This document shows, in pieces, positions 12,981 to 24,239 of a stretch of 64,000 nt of DNA. Numbering within the stretch: position 1 is the stretch's first letter; each line of letters starts with the position of its first letter. The notes under the pieces are model-generated. The model was not told where the DNA came from, did no database searches, and saw only the letters and a list, made by a program, of their open reading frames with translations. The DNA lies in assembly GCF_963921235.1 (NCBI RefSeq), contig NC_086098.1, forward strand, positions 7,440,001 through 7,504,000. Direction: 5' to 3'. Both the position numbers and the translations under genes were made by a program. The DNA comes from Mobula hypostoma (taxonomy: Eukaryota).

Positions 12981-13399
12981 AGACCGCACCTTCCAAGAAT
13001 GTTATCCTCTCTGACGTATGAAAACTGAGAGTGTGGTGCGAATGTAGAACGAGCTGCCAGAGGGCGTTGTGGATGCGGGTTCGATCAGAATAGTTAATAA
13101 AACTAAGGAAACGTACACAGATGGGAGGGGTATGGAGGGCATTGGACCAGGTGTGAGCCAATCAGTCGAGGTAGAAAAATAGTTTGGCTCAGGCTAGAAG
13201 GGTGAGAAGGCCTGTTTCAGAGCTGTAGTGCTCTATGACTTTTTGAGATGAGAATGGTTACCAGGTTTGAGGTGAACCTATATTTGCATCAAGTAGTAAT
13301 GTAAAAGATTATTTCCACAGTGGCATGTTTTTTATATGACATTGGCATTGTTCCTCTATAAAATGATCTTAATTCACAAACAGGATTGTGGGGGGTGCA

Positions 13400-13890
13400 G
13401 TAAAATAGTGGTTGGACTAACGTCATCACAGCGCTGATGATCCGGGTTCAGTTCCGCCGCTGACTATAAGGAATTTGTTTCTCCCTGTGACCGTGTGTGT
13501 TTCCTCCTACATTCCAAAAACGTACAGGTCAGTAGGTTAAGTGGGTTGTGTGGCTCATTGGTTCGGATGGTCTGTTACCAGACTGTGTCTCTAAAAATAT
13601 TTTTATTTTATTTTATTTAGAGATAACAGTGCAGAACAGGCTATTCCAGCGCAATGAGCCACACTGCCCAGCACCCCGCCTATTTAAGCTCAGCCTAAAT
13701 CACAGAACAATTAATCATGCCCAGTTAACCTCCTAACCTGTACATCTTTGTACTTTCGCAGGACAACTTGAGGAAACCGACTTGGTCACGGGAAGAACGC
13801 ATGGCCTCCCTACAGACAGCGCCAGAATTGAACTCTGAACTCCGGAGCCCCAAACTATAATAGCATCATTCTAATCGCTATGTTGCCATG
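13400..13890. mobile_element. Two V-SINE copies tail-to-tail (+ then -)
   Basis: gggttcagttcc...ggaatttgtttctccctgtgacc on plus; gaggaaacc...ggtcacgggaagaacg on the opposite strand. Confidence 0.6.
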
Positions 13891-13939
13891 GTGTTCAATA
13901 AATAAAAAATACAGAGTTCATTCCTTAAGGTTGTTGTAG

Positions 13940-14715
13940 CCCGGGGTGGTAATGGGAACAAGCTCCCACTACCTATTAAATGCCACCAATGGCGTGCACC
14001 TCAAATAACCTCTGACAACCAAGCAACACACATCAAAGTTGCTGGTGAACGCAACAGGCCAGGCAGCATCTCTAGGATGAGGTACAGTCGACATTTCAGG
14101 CCGAGACTCAGCCCGAAACGTCGACTGTACCTCTTCCTAGAGATGCTGCCTGGCCTGCTGCGTTCACCAGCAACTTTGATGTCTATTGCTTGAATTTCCA
14201 GCATCTGCAGAATTCCTCGTGTTTACGTCTGACAACCAAGTCCAGTTCCTGGCCTTCACATATAACTTTGGTACTAAGCCCAGTGGAACCATTTCTACTG
14301 ACAGGAGAAGGAGCAAAGGCAAGTTATTGGTGCCTTAAACCAGTCACTTTGGGCAGATGAGGCTCATCAGCCGTGGTTGGCTGCTTATCGAGGAAAGGAA
14401 AACTCTGATCTCAAACCTCTGCTACCTTGCAGCTGTACCCACTCATGGGGAAGGCTTCAGGAGTAAACCATGAGGGAAAAGTCTGGAGCTGGAGTCCACA
14501 AGGCAGCCCTACATTGAGTTCAATGCTGACTGGCAACTCCGGCAATGCTGTTGGTACCAAACTGTATCAGGTCTCTGCCGTTCCTTTGGGTTCATCAGAT
14601 GCGGGGAGAGGGGGAGCTTGCTACATGGGCAACAGCTTGCTCATACTACCCTGGCTTGCATATCTAGACAGCAAAGACGCAACATCAGTTGTCCACTGAC
14701 TGATGGAGGCCTCAC
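13940..14715 (+). mobile_element. RTE-like 5' UTR-derived non-coding element, host of the mini-Penelope insertion
   Basis: Contains gaggaaaggaaaactctgatctcaaacc, resembling a conserved RTE 5' UTR block. No RT ORF is seen. Confidence 0.45.
14024..14227. mobile_element. Fold-back mini Penelope-like insertion with 13-bp TSD
   Basis: TCTGACAACCAAG at 14011-14023 and 14228-14240. Internal inverted arms of about 85 bp. Confidence 0.85.
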
Positions 14716-14769
14716 TCACAAATCACATAGTGGTTATAATGTGCATTGAGCTTAAACATAGAACATAAA

Positions 14770-15285
14770 AGTCATCTACCTACAGGAAAGATGAAACAAG
14801 GTTGAAAGAGTACAGAGACAGTTGGTAAGGATGTTGCTGGTTCTGGAGGATCTGAGTTATAAGGAAAGATTGAATAGACTAGGACTGTATTCTTTAGAAC
14901 ACAGAAGATTGATAGGAGTTATACAAAATTGTGAGGAGTATAGATAGGATAAATGTAGGCAAAGTTTTTCTCTGAGATTGGGTGGGACTACAACCTAGAG
15001 GTCATGGGTTAGGGGTGAAAGGTGAAAAGTTTAAGGGGACATGGGGAGAAACCTCTTCACTCCGAGGGTCATAAGAGAGTGGAATTAAATGCCAGCACAA
15101 GTGGTGCATGCGAACTCAATTTCAATGCTTAAGCCAGGTTTGGATGGATACATAGATGGTAGGGGTATGAAGGGCTATGGTCCGGATGCAGATTGATGAG
15201 AGTAGGCAGTTTAAATGGTTTTGGAATGGACTAGATGGGCTGAACGTCTTGTCTCTGTGCTGTACTTTTCTATGACTCTATGACA
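14770..15285 (+). mobile_element. CR1 3' fragment
   Basis: ctgagttataaggaaagattgaatag...ttcactccgagggtc, with a (ctatgact) tail. Confidence 0.8.
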
Positions 15286-15867
15286 TTGTATAATAAATAA
15301 AAGAGTCTTTATAATGTGCATTGAGCTTAAGCATCGATACAGGAGTGTACAGAGCTGGAATAGGACCTTTGGCCTGTGACGTTATGACAAACTAATTAAG
15401 CTAATGATTCCTAATTAAAGAAATCCATTCTGCCTGCCCATGGTGCATAAATTCCATTAACTGGATATTCAAGCAAAAAGATTTTTGCACATTCTTGCTG
15501 GAAGATTCATTCACGGCGTCCCATCTGTTTTTTACGCACATTGTAAGCACTCGAGATTGAATCAATCATTGTTCAGTGCATATTTCATGCCTGTCCAGCT
15601 AAATTCTTTTACTCCATCATAATTAATGCACAAGGCATCAACGTAAAGAAGCCACGTATACCTATGGTAATTAAAAGCAATGCCAATCACTTCCAAAGAC
15701 GGTTCACTGCATCAGAAATATGAGCTGCAGAACAACAGGTGATATTTCTAGTCATTTGTAAGGTGAAGATATTGCTAGTATGGTCTCATTGAGCCTAAGA
15801 TTTGACCAGGTTGAACAGGTGGAGAAGGAATAAGATCACGATAGTTCACATGGTTCAGATTGCACTT

Positions 15868-17145
15868 TAAAGGTTCAAGGGTCAAATTTAATGTCAGAGA
15901 AATGTATACAATATACATCACAGATGGAGGGGAGGAGAAGATGGCAACGCGACACAGCGCGCGCGGCCGCTCCAAAATGATATTGTATTTGTGAAGCAGG
16001 TACCGTGCACAATCCTGATTTGATGGAGGCAGCTGTGAGAAGCATGGAGGAACATCTGGAGAAACTTCCGAAATGCCAACTTCGCTGCCGCTGCTACTGT
16101 GCAATCAAGAATCTCCGGAGGGGAAGGCCCCAAATCCTCTGTTTTGCCTATTACCTGTTGCCGGGGCCGAGGTCAAAGCGCTCGGCAGAGATGGTGCTCG
16201 GTGCTCAGCGTCGGGGGGCTGGTCAGAAGCTCAAAGTTTTTGGATGGGCTCAAGAGTCGCCTGTGGTCAGGTGCTTCCAGGGTGCTGCATCGGCAAGTTT
16301 GCGGCGCTGGAAGCTCATGGCAGGAAGAGTTTTTCTTCCTTCTACCGTCTGCGTGAGATGATGCGACTTTCGAGAGACTGAGACTTTTTTTTACCGTGCC
16401 CATGGTCTGTTCTTTATCAAATTACGGTATTGCTTTGCACTGTTGTAACTATATGTTATAATTATGTGTTTTTTGTCAGTTTTTCAGTCTTGGTTTGTCT
16501 TGTGTTTCTGTGATATCATTCTGGAGGAACATTGTATCATTTCTTAATGCATGCATTTCTAAATGACAATAAAAGAGGACTGCGTGTCCTCATAATCTAA
16601 TCTAATCCTGAAATGCTTTTTCTTCGCAGCCATCCATGAAAACAGAGAAGTACCCCAAAGAATGAATGACAGTTAAACGTGAGAACCCAGAAGTCCATCC
16701 CCAGTTCTCCCCTCCTGCGTGTAAGCGGCGGCAAGCAATGATGCCCCCTCCCCCCACCGGCAAAAAGAAGCGCATCAGTACTGTCATCGAGCCCAAGTGT
16801 GAGCAAAGCAATAGCAAAGGTACAGACCAAAGTTACCCCAAATGCTTCACATTTCATCTGACATTCGACAAACCACAGGTTCTCTCTCTCCCTAATAAGG
16901 GAGAGGGAGGTGTCCCCCATTTCCACAGCGAGCAGGAGACATAACCACAACCCACTGGTTTACAATGTTAAAAGTCCGTTCCATCGCTTTTTTCGAGCTC
17001 TGTGTCTGAAGATCGCCAAGACCTCGGGTCTTTGGGCTCACAGCGAAAGATTTTCCAGCCTCCCCAACGACACACGAGTCTCCTGCTGTGACACCAACCC
17101 TCGATCTTCGATCTGCCCGTCTCCAGAGCCCCGAGATCATAGGCT
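15868..17145 (-). repeat. Family B non-coding retroposon-like repeat, interrupted by a family A copy
   Basis: Rejoining 15868-15919 to 16608 onward gives sequence homologous to 47915-48130. Confidence 0.7.
15926..16607 (+). mobile_element. Family A non-coding retroposon, copy 1 (long variant)
   Basis: Starts ggaggagaagatggc and ends aataaaagaggactgcgtgtcctcat(aatct)n. Four other copies occur in the window. Confidence 0.85.
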
Positions 17146-17204
17146 TCCAAACACAAGCAAGACTCTCATGCCAAACACTTGGCATGTCTAGATGGACATA
17201 ATAC

Positions 17205-17740
17205 TTGGAATATTATGAGCAGTTTTGATGTGCTGGAATTGGAATAGGTCTAGGGGAGGTTCATGAGATTGATCCCGGGAATGGAAGGGTTAACGCATGA
17301 GGAAAGTTTACAGGCCGTGGGCCTGAACTCGCTGGAGTTTAGAAGAATGCGGTTGGTGGGATCTCAATGAAACCTATTGAATATTGAAAGGCCTCAATAG
17401 AGTAAACGTGGAGAGAATGTTTCCTATAGTGAGGGAGACTAGGACCAGAGGGCACAGCCTCAGAATAGAAGGTTGTTCCTTTAGAACAGGGATGTGGAAG
17501 AATTTTTTTTAGCCAGAGGGTGGTGAATTGGAATTCATTGCCACAGAAGGCTGTGGAGGCCAAGTCATTGGGTACATTTAAAGCGGAGGCTGATAGTTTC
17601 TTGATTTGTAAGGGCATCAAAGGCTATGGGGAGAGGGCAAGAGAATGGGGTTGAGAGGAATAATAAATCAGCCATGTTGAATGGCAGAGCCAACCGATGG
17701 GCCATATGGCTTAACTCTGCTCCTATGTCTTATGGTCTTA
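17205..17740 (+). mobile_element. CR1 3' fragment
   Basis: ctggagtttagaagaatg...gatctcaatgaaacctat, with tail cctatgtcttatggtctta. Confidence 0.85.
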
Positions 17741-18801
17741 TTGAAGGAGGAGAAAGACCTTGGGCAAGAAAGCTTGTTTCTTGAGAATCTTTCAGGAGCA
17801 TGCTCCTTTCTGCATCTATCTGAGGGGCACTACACAGTGAAACTGAGATTTTCTATTACAGAGCTTTGGGTGTTTCTTTAAGTCAAATTCCAGCAACACA
17901 GCTGTACCTTGTCCAACCTGCCAGTGGAATGGAAGGTCACTGTCACCTCTTAGCCTCTCAATCATTTGAGATGGTTATATTTGGCATGTGTCATGCTTTT
18001 GAACTTAATACTGGAGAATTCGGAACTATGGACTCTATAACTCATGTTCTCAATGTGGCCTGCTGCGTTCCACCAGCATTTTGTGTGTATTGCTTGAATT
18101 TCCAGCATCTGCAGATTTTCTCGTGTTTGCATTCTTAATATTTATTACGTATTTATTATTATTTAGTTTTTTTCATTTTTGCATTTACACAATTTGTTGT
18201 CTTTTGCACATTGGTTATTTGTTTTGTGCAAATACTTCATTGATCTTATTGTGTTTCTTTCCAATTACTGTGAATGCCCACAAGAACATGAATCTCAGGG
18301 TGGTGTATGGTGACATATACTGTATATGGTGGTTGTCCATCAGGTCCGACAATGACAGGCGAGTTTTTAAAGTGGAAGAGCTGTTGCACTGGGGCAGTTC
18401 CAACTCAGAAGTCCAGGTCCAGTGGTACAAACAGGCATCACAAACTGGGGTCTTCCTCGGTTGCAGTGGATGATCATGACGTCTTCTGTGCCTTGTCGTG
18501 GCCCTTGCTCTCCATGGAGCATTGCAGTAACACCTCCCTGACCATTGGATTTCACTCTAAGTCTCATCCACCCAGTCTGCTGGAGTTGACTTCACCTGCT
18601 AGGACAGGTACGTGCCTATATCACTGGAGTGTGAGGCTGCCGGCTACCCTCACCTGTCCAAGTGCTGTAGCAGGGTATGGCAGCTATCACATGCAAACAG
18701 CGACTTGGAGCCGCAGGTGAGAGCTGACTATCCATTTAAGAGAAGTTTGGATAACTAGATGGATAGTAGGGGTATAGAAGACGATGTTCCTGGTGCAGGT
18801 C

Positions 18802-19030
18802 TGTGGTAAACCATGTATATATGTTGTAACTCGGTTACCTGTCTGGACACACCCCTCTGCTGACTGCCCCTGTGGCTCCTGCCACAGAGTCCTGTATAAA
18901 GGTGTTCGCCTTGCCCCTCTCCCTCAGTCCGGGGGCAGACACTCACTGTGGAGGTCGTATTGTACAGCGAATAAAAGCCTTTCAGTATTTTACCAAACCT
19001 CAGTCTTTTGGAGTAATTGAAGGTGCTTCA
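18802..19030 (+). mobile_element. Short solo LTR (229 bp) with 5-bp TSD, inside a CR1 tail
   Basis: TG...CA termini. AGGTC at 18797-18801 and 19031-19035. TATAAA at 18895 and AATAAA at 18970. Confidence 0.85.
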
Positions 19031-19224
19031 AGGTCATTAGGGGTAAGCAATTTAAGTGGTTCGGCACAGACCAGATAGGCCAAAGATGCCTGCTTCTGTG
19101 CTGTAGTGTTCTATGACTCTATGACACTATGACTGAAGGTGATTCCTCGGTGGCATTGAAGAATCCCAAGAGGAGATGATCCCTCTGGTTAAATTCCAAG
19201 TAACTTCAGCAATACAGCCCTGGC

Positions 19225-19840
19225 GGGAAGAGAAGATGGCAGCGCGACGCAGCGCACTCAGCTCGCCAGTGAAATGATATCGTATCGGTCAAATAGGGGC
19301 CGTGGACAATTCTGATTTGATGACAGACGTAAGAAGCAGAGGAACGTCTGGAGAAATTTCTGGAATGCCTGGTTTGCTGCTGTTGTTAATGTGCGATCAA
19401 GAATCTCCGAAGGGTAGGCCCCAAAATCCCCGGCTTTGCCTGCTGCTGGCGACCGAGGCTGAGGTCGAAACGTTCGGATAGAGATGGTACTCGGTACTCG
19501 GTGTCGGAGGGCTGATCAGAGCTCAAAGTTTTCGGATGACTCAGAGTCGGACTGTGGTCGGGCATGGCAGGGAGAGTTTTCTTCCTTCTCCTGTCTGCAT
19601 GAGATGTGGGACTTTCGAGAAACTTTTGAACTTTTTTACTGTGCCATGGCCTGTTTTTCATCAAGTTATGGTATTGTTGCACTGTTGTAACTATATGTTA
19701 TAATTATGTGGTTTTGTTAGTTTTTCAGTCTTGGTCTGTCCTGTGTTTCTGTGATATCACACCGAAGGAATATTGTATCATTTCTTAATGCATGCATTAC
19801 TAAATGACAATAAAAGAGGACTGCATGTCCTCATAATCTA
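19225..19840 (+). mobile_element. Family A copy 2 (short variant)
   Basis: Same termini and body as 15926-16607. Confidence 0.85.
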
Positions 19841-20896
19841 TATGTGATTTGATTTCTGAGATGGTTTAAGTCCGTCTGCATGTCCTGGACTTACTGACAA
19901 AGAAAATATTAATATGCTCCCTGGGCAGCATGGTATTTCAGTGGTTAACGTAATACTCTTACAGTGGCAGTTTCCCGCATGTGCTCCATTTCCTTCCACT
20001 GTCCAAAGACCCTAGGTTAGTAGATTAATTAGTAACATGGGTATAAATGGGTGGTGTGGGCTCGATGGCCAGAAAGGCCATACCTTCAAATCAGGGGTTC
20101 CTAACTTTTTTTACGCCATCAACCAATACTATTAACCTGCCCTAAAAAAACAGTAAACAAACAAACAAATAGATAAACAGACAGACAGACAGATTGGTGT
20201 TCACGTTTGAACAACACTAGTTTCATTTGGAAATGGTCAGCCCATAGATTAGTCACTAGATGTCAACTGAAGGCGCTTTTACTTGCTATCGTACTGTGAT
20301 TGTCCCATTTACTGCTATCTAACAAATAGTCACTCTAAAGACAACATATTTCCTCAGGGATTTAATCAGCTCTTTGAGAAGTATACACTGGGGCCTGATG
20401 GCATCAGCAAATTTACAGCCAACACTGCAGCATAAATAGTGTCCCCATAGATTTCTCCCCACTCACATCCAGCGAGAACAACAACCATTTGATGCTAATT
20501 TCCTTTTGTGATCTATGAGCAAAATATCCAGTGTCACATTGGAATTTGGGTCAATAAAATTTCTCTGTCCTTTTAGCAAGTTGCAATATTCAGCAGCTTG
20601 GCCAATTAAAAAAAAGTGAAGTGCTTCAAATACACAATTACTTGCTCTGTCTACTTATTCCGGAATGCCTTGGGAATATCCACTCTGATAAGGGATGGCT
20701 ACTTGCATAGGTAATTGGAGGAAATTGAAATGGCTGCTAAGATCAGTCACCTCAGCCTCTGAATTGTACTGAGGATCTCCTTAGGACAATGCCCTAGACA
20801 CGGCCATTTCCTCAGCCCCTGGTTATACCGAGGATCTCCTGGGGTTTTCATGCAGAGTTTACAGAGAATGGTGCGAGAAACAAAGCCAACATCCAG

Positions 20897-21440
20897 CAAC
20901 ACACATAAAAATTGCTGGTGGGACGCAGCAGGCCAGGCAGCATCTATAGGAAGAGGTACAGTTGAAGTTTTGGGCCAAGACCCTTCGTCAGGACTAACTG
21001 AAAGAAGAGCTAGTAAGAAATTTGAAAGTGGGAGGAGGAGGGGGAGATCCGAAATGATAGGAGAAGACAGGAGGGGGAGGGATGGAGCCAAGAGCTGGAC
21101 AGGTGATTGGCAAAAGGGATATGAGAGGATCATGGGACAGGAGGCCCAGGGAGAAAGAAAGGGGGAGGGGGGAAGCCCAGAGGATGGGCAAGGAGTATAG
21201 TGAGAGGGACAGAAGGACGGAGGGCGAAAAAGGAGAGAGAGAGAAAAAAAATTAATAGTAATAATAAATAAATAAATAACAGATGGGGTACGAAGGGGAG
21301 GTGGGGCATTAAAGGAAGTTAGAGAAGTTAATGTTCATGCCATCAGGTTGGAGGCTACCCAGACGGAATATAAGGTGTTGTTCCTCCAACCTGAGTGTGG
21401 CTTCATCTAGACCGTAGAGGAGGACGTGGATAGACATACC
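20897..21440 (-). mobile_element. Penelope-like 3' fragment, inserted in a Tc1-derived non-autonomous element (about 20840-21690)
   Basis: The minus strand encodes EATLRLEEQHLIFRLGSLQPDGMN (GIY-YIG C-terminus), followed by a pyrimidine-rich UTR and a hammerhead-like motif at about 20960-20995. Confidence 0.8.
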
Positions 21441-22781
21441 AGAAGCAAACATCCAGTGAGCGGCAGTTCTGTGCGTGAAAAAGCCTTGTTAATGAGAGAG
21501 ATCAGAGGAGAATGGCCAGACAGGTTCAAGCTGACAGGAAAGCAACAGTAACTCAAATAACCACACGTTACAATAGTGGCATACAGAAGATTCACCTTTG
21601 TACAGACAACACATTGAACCTTGATGTAGATGGGCTACAGCAGCAGAAGACCAGGACATTAACAGAGTGGCCACCTTATTAGGTACAGGACATACTTTTA
21701 TGACTTTTTATGTGTAATTTTATGACTTAAAAACAGGAACCTCCTTCCTTTTTCCCTAGTGTCCTTTTAGACTTCTTGTGATGTAGGAAGCCCATAGGAG
21801 TTGTACCTTTCAATGTTTAAATGTTATCTTAAATGTGTCATAACTTTTATTCTCTCTGAACTAACACAACTTCATCAGTAATTACTATATTTTTGTTCCT
21901 TGAAACAATTAGTTGTTTTGCTGCTGATAGCACTATTAATTTCTCCTGTTATTTCTGGTCGATCAGACTAGCTGTTTCCATTAATTTTTACTTAACTGCT
22001 ATGCTAATAGTACACGCGTCTGTTCTGGGTGTTGACTATTTCATTCATTCTCCCTCCTTCCTTTCCAGACTTGGTGAAGGGTGTCAGCCCAAAACATCTG
22101 CTGTTTATTCCCCTCCATAAAAGCTGTCTGGCTCACTGAGTTCCTCCAGTATTTTGTGTGTATTGCTCAATTTATTTTGATGGCATCTAGCGTGCTTGAT
22201 CAAAATTCACTTTTACCTGAGACCTGCCTGACCTCCCGAGTTTCTGCAGCTCTTTGTGTGTGCTGCTCTGGATTTCCAGCATCTCATGTTTATAGGTTGA
22301 ATTGAAAGCACCTAACATGTGGTATGTTAGGGTGAAGTTCAAAACAATTAAAATACTTTAAATAGAAAACCTGTTTCTCTGAACAAAAAAACATTTGAAC
22401 TCAGAGGATTGAAGAACCACCCTGCCGATGATGTATCTTCTTGGGTTGATAGAGGAGCAGTCCAAACAGAACTGTGTGACCTGCATCCCAATGAAAATAT
22501 ATCAGGAATTCAGTGTACTTCCAGACCACCTTCGTGTTTCCTCAACCCAGCTTATCGATTTTTCAGCTTACAATGGCTTACTGTTGCATTGTGAAGCATG
22601 CCTGGCTTTGCCTGCACTTGTAAATTTCAGTTTTTCTCTCAAAGAATTTATACACATATAAAAAAATCACAGCAGGTTATAAATCGTCACACTAGGGTGT
22701 TTGAAATGGCACTGAGCTCAACCAATCCGATAACAAAGAACATTAACTCTCAGTGGTCACTGCTTAAATGTCACAAATCTT

Positions 22782-23850
22782 AGAGTCATAGAAAAGTACA
22801 GCACAGAAACAGGCCCTTCAGCCCATCTAGTCTGTGCTGAACCATTTAAAATGCTTACTCCCATCGACTTGCACCGGGACCATAGCCCTCCATACCCTTA
22901 CCATCCATGTACCTATCCAAACTTTCCTTAAATGTTGAAATTCAGTTCACATGCATCACTTGTGCTGGCAGCTCACTCCACACTCTCACAACCCTCTGAG
23001 TGAAGAAGTTTCCCCTCATGTTCCCCTTAAACTTATCACCTTTCATCCTTAAACTATGACTTTTGGTCGTAGTCCCATCATGCCTCGGTGGAAAAAGTCT
23101 CCTTGCATTTTCCCTGTCTGTATCCCTCATGGTTTTGTGTACCTCTATCAAATCTCCCCTCAATCTTCCCTCAAGGAGGAGGGAGGAGAAGATGGCGGCT
23201 CGACGCAGCACGCGCGGCCGCTCCGAATGAATATCATATGTGTAACTAGGGGCCGTGCACAATCCTGATTTGATGGAGACAGCCGCGAGAAGCACAGAGG
23301 AACAACTGGAGAAACTTCTGAATGCTCGCTTTGCTGTCGCTGCTACTGTGCAATCGAGAATCTCCGGAGGGGAAGGCCCCAAATCTTCGGTTTTGCCTAT
23401 TGCCTGTTGCTGGGGCCGGGGTCGAAGCGCTCGGCAGAGATGGTGCTCAGTGTTGGAGGGCTGGTCGGAAGCTCGGAGTTTTCGGATGGACTCAGAGTCG
23501 GACTGTGGTCGGATGCTTCCAGGATGCTCCATCGGCAAGTTGGCAGCGCTGGAGGTTCACCATCTGGGTGAGATGATGGGACTTTCAAGAGACTTTGAGA
23601 CTTCTTACCGTGCCCATGGTCTGTTCTTATCAAATTACGGTATTGCTTTGCACTGTTGTAACTATATGTTATAATTATGTGGTTTTTGTCAGTTTTTCAG
23701 TCGGTTTGTCATGTGTTTCTGTGATATCATTCTGGAGAAACATTGTATCATTTCTTAATGCATGTATTATTAAATGACAATAAAAGAGGACTGTGTGTCC
23801 TCATAATCTACTCTAATCTAATCTTCGATGTTCAAGGAATAAAATCCTAA
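22782..23850 (-). mobile_element. CR1 3' fragment split by family A copy 3
   Basis: LRGDLIEVHK...FFTQRVVRVWSELP appears in ORF 22942-23538. The CR1 sequence resumes after 23826. Confidence 0.8.
23175..23824 (+). mobile_element. Family A copy 3 (long variant)
   Basis: Family termini. AATCTTC at 23162-23168 and 23820-23826 is a probable TSD overlapping the tail repeat. Confidence 0.85.
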
Positions 23851-24239
23851 ATCTTCTGAATTATCGTTTGCTGTGAACCATTATAAGATTAAAAAGCATC
23901 ATGTGGTGTAGAAGGAAGTGGATTCTAAATGCTTGAAACTGATCTTGAAAAGCCGGTGGCTCAACTTCTCTTGGCCCTTTTAAAGAAAGCCCCAGGTTGA
24001 GACTGATGCCTCAAGGTTCATGACTTGATTATAAACATCATGAGCACTGCATCGAGGATATCTTCAAAGCGCGATGCCTCAGAAAGGCGGCATCCATCAT
24101 TGAAGACCCTCATCACCCAGGGCGTGCCCTCTTCTCATTACTTCCATCAGAGAGAAGGTAAAAAAAGCCTGAAGGCACACACTCAATATTTAAGAAACAG
24201 CTTCTTCCACTCCACCATCAGATTTCTGAACGGAAAATA

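Noticed and set aside
15775..16403. Overlapping 70-120 aa ORFs in family A
   Set aside because: The frames are not preserved between the five copies, and long ORFs are expected in GC-rich sequence.
22942..23538. 198-aa ORF as a fusion gene
   Set aside because: Chance read-through from antisense family A sequence into a CR1 fragment.
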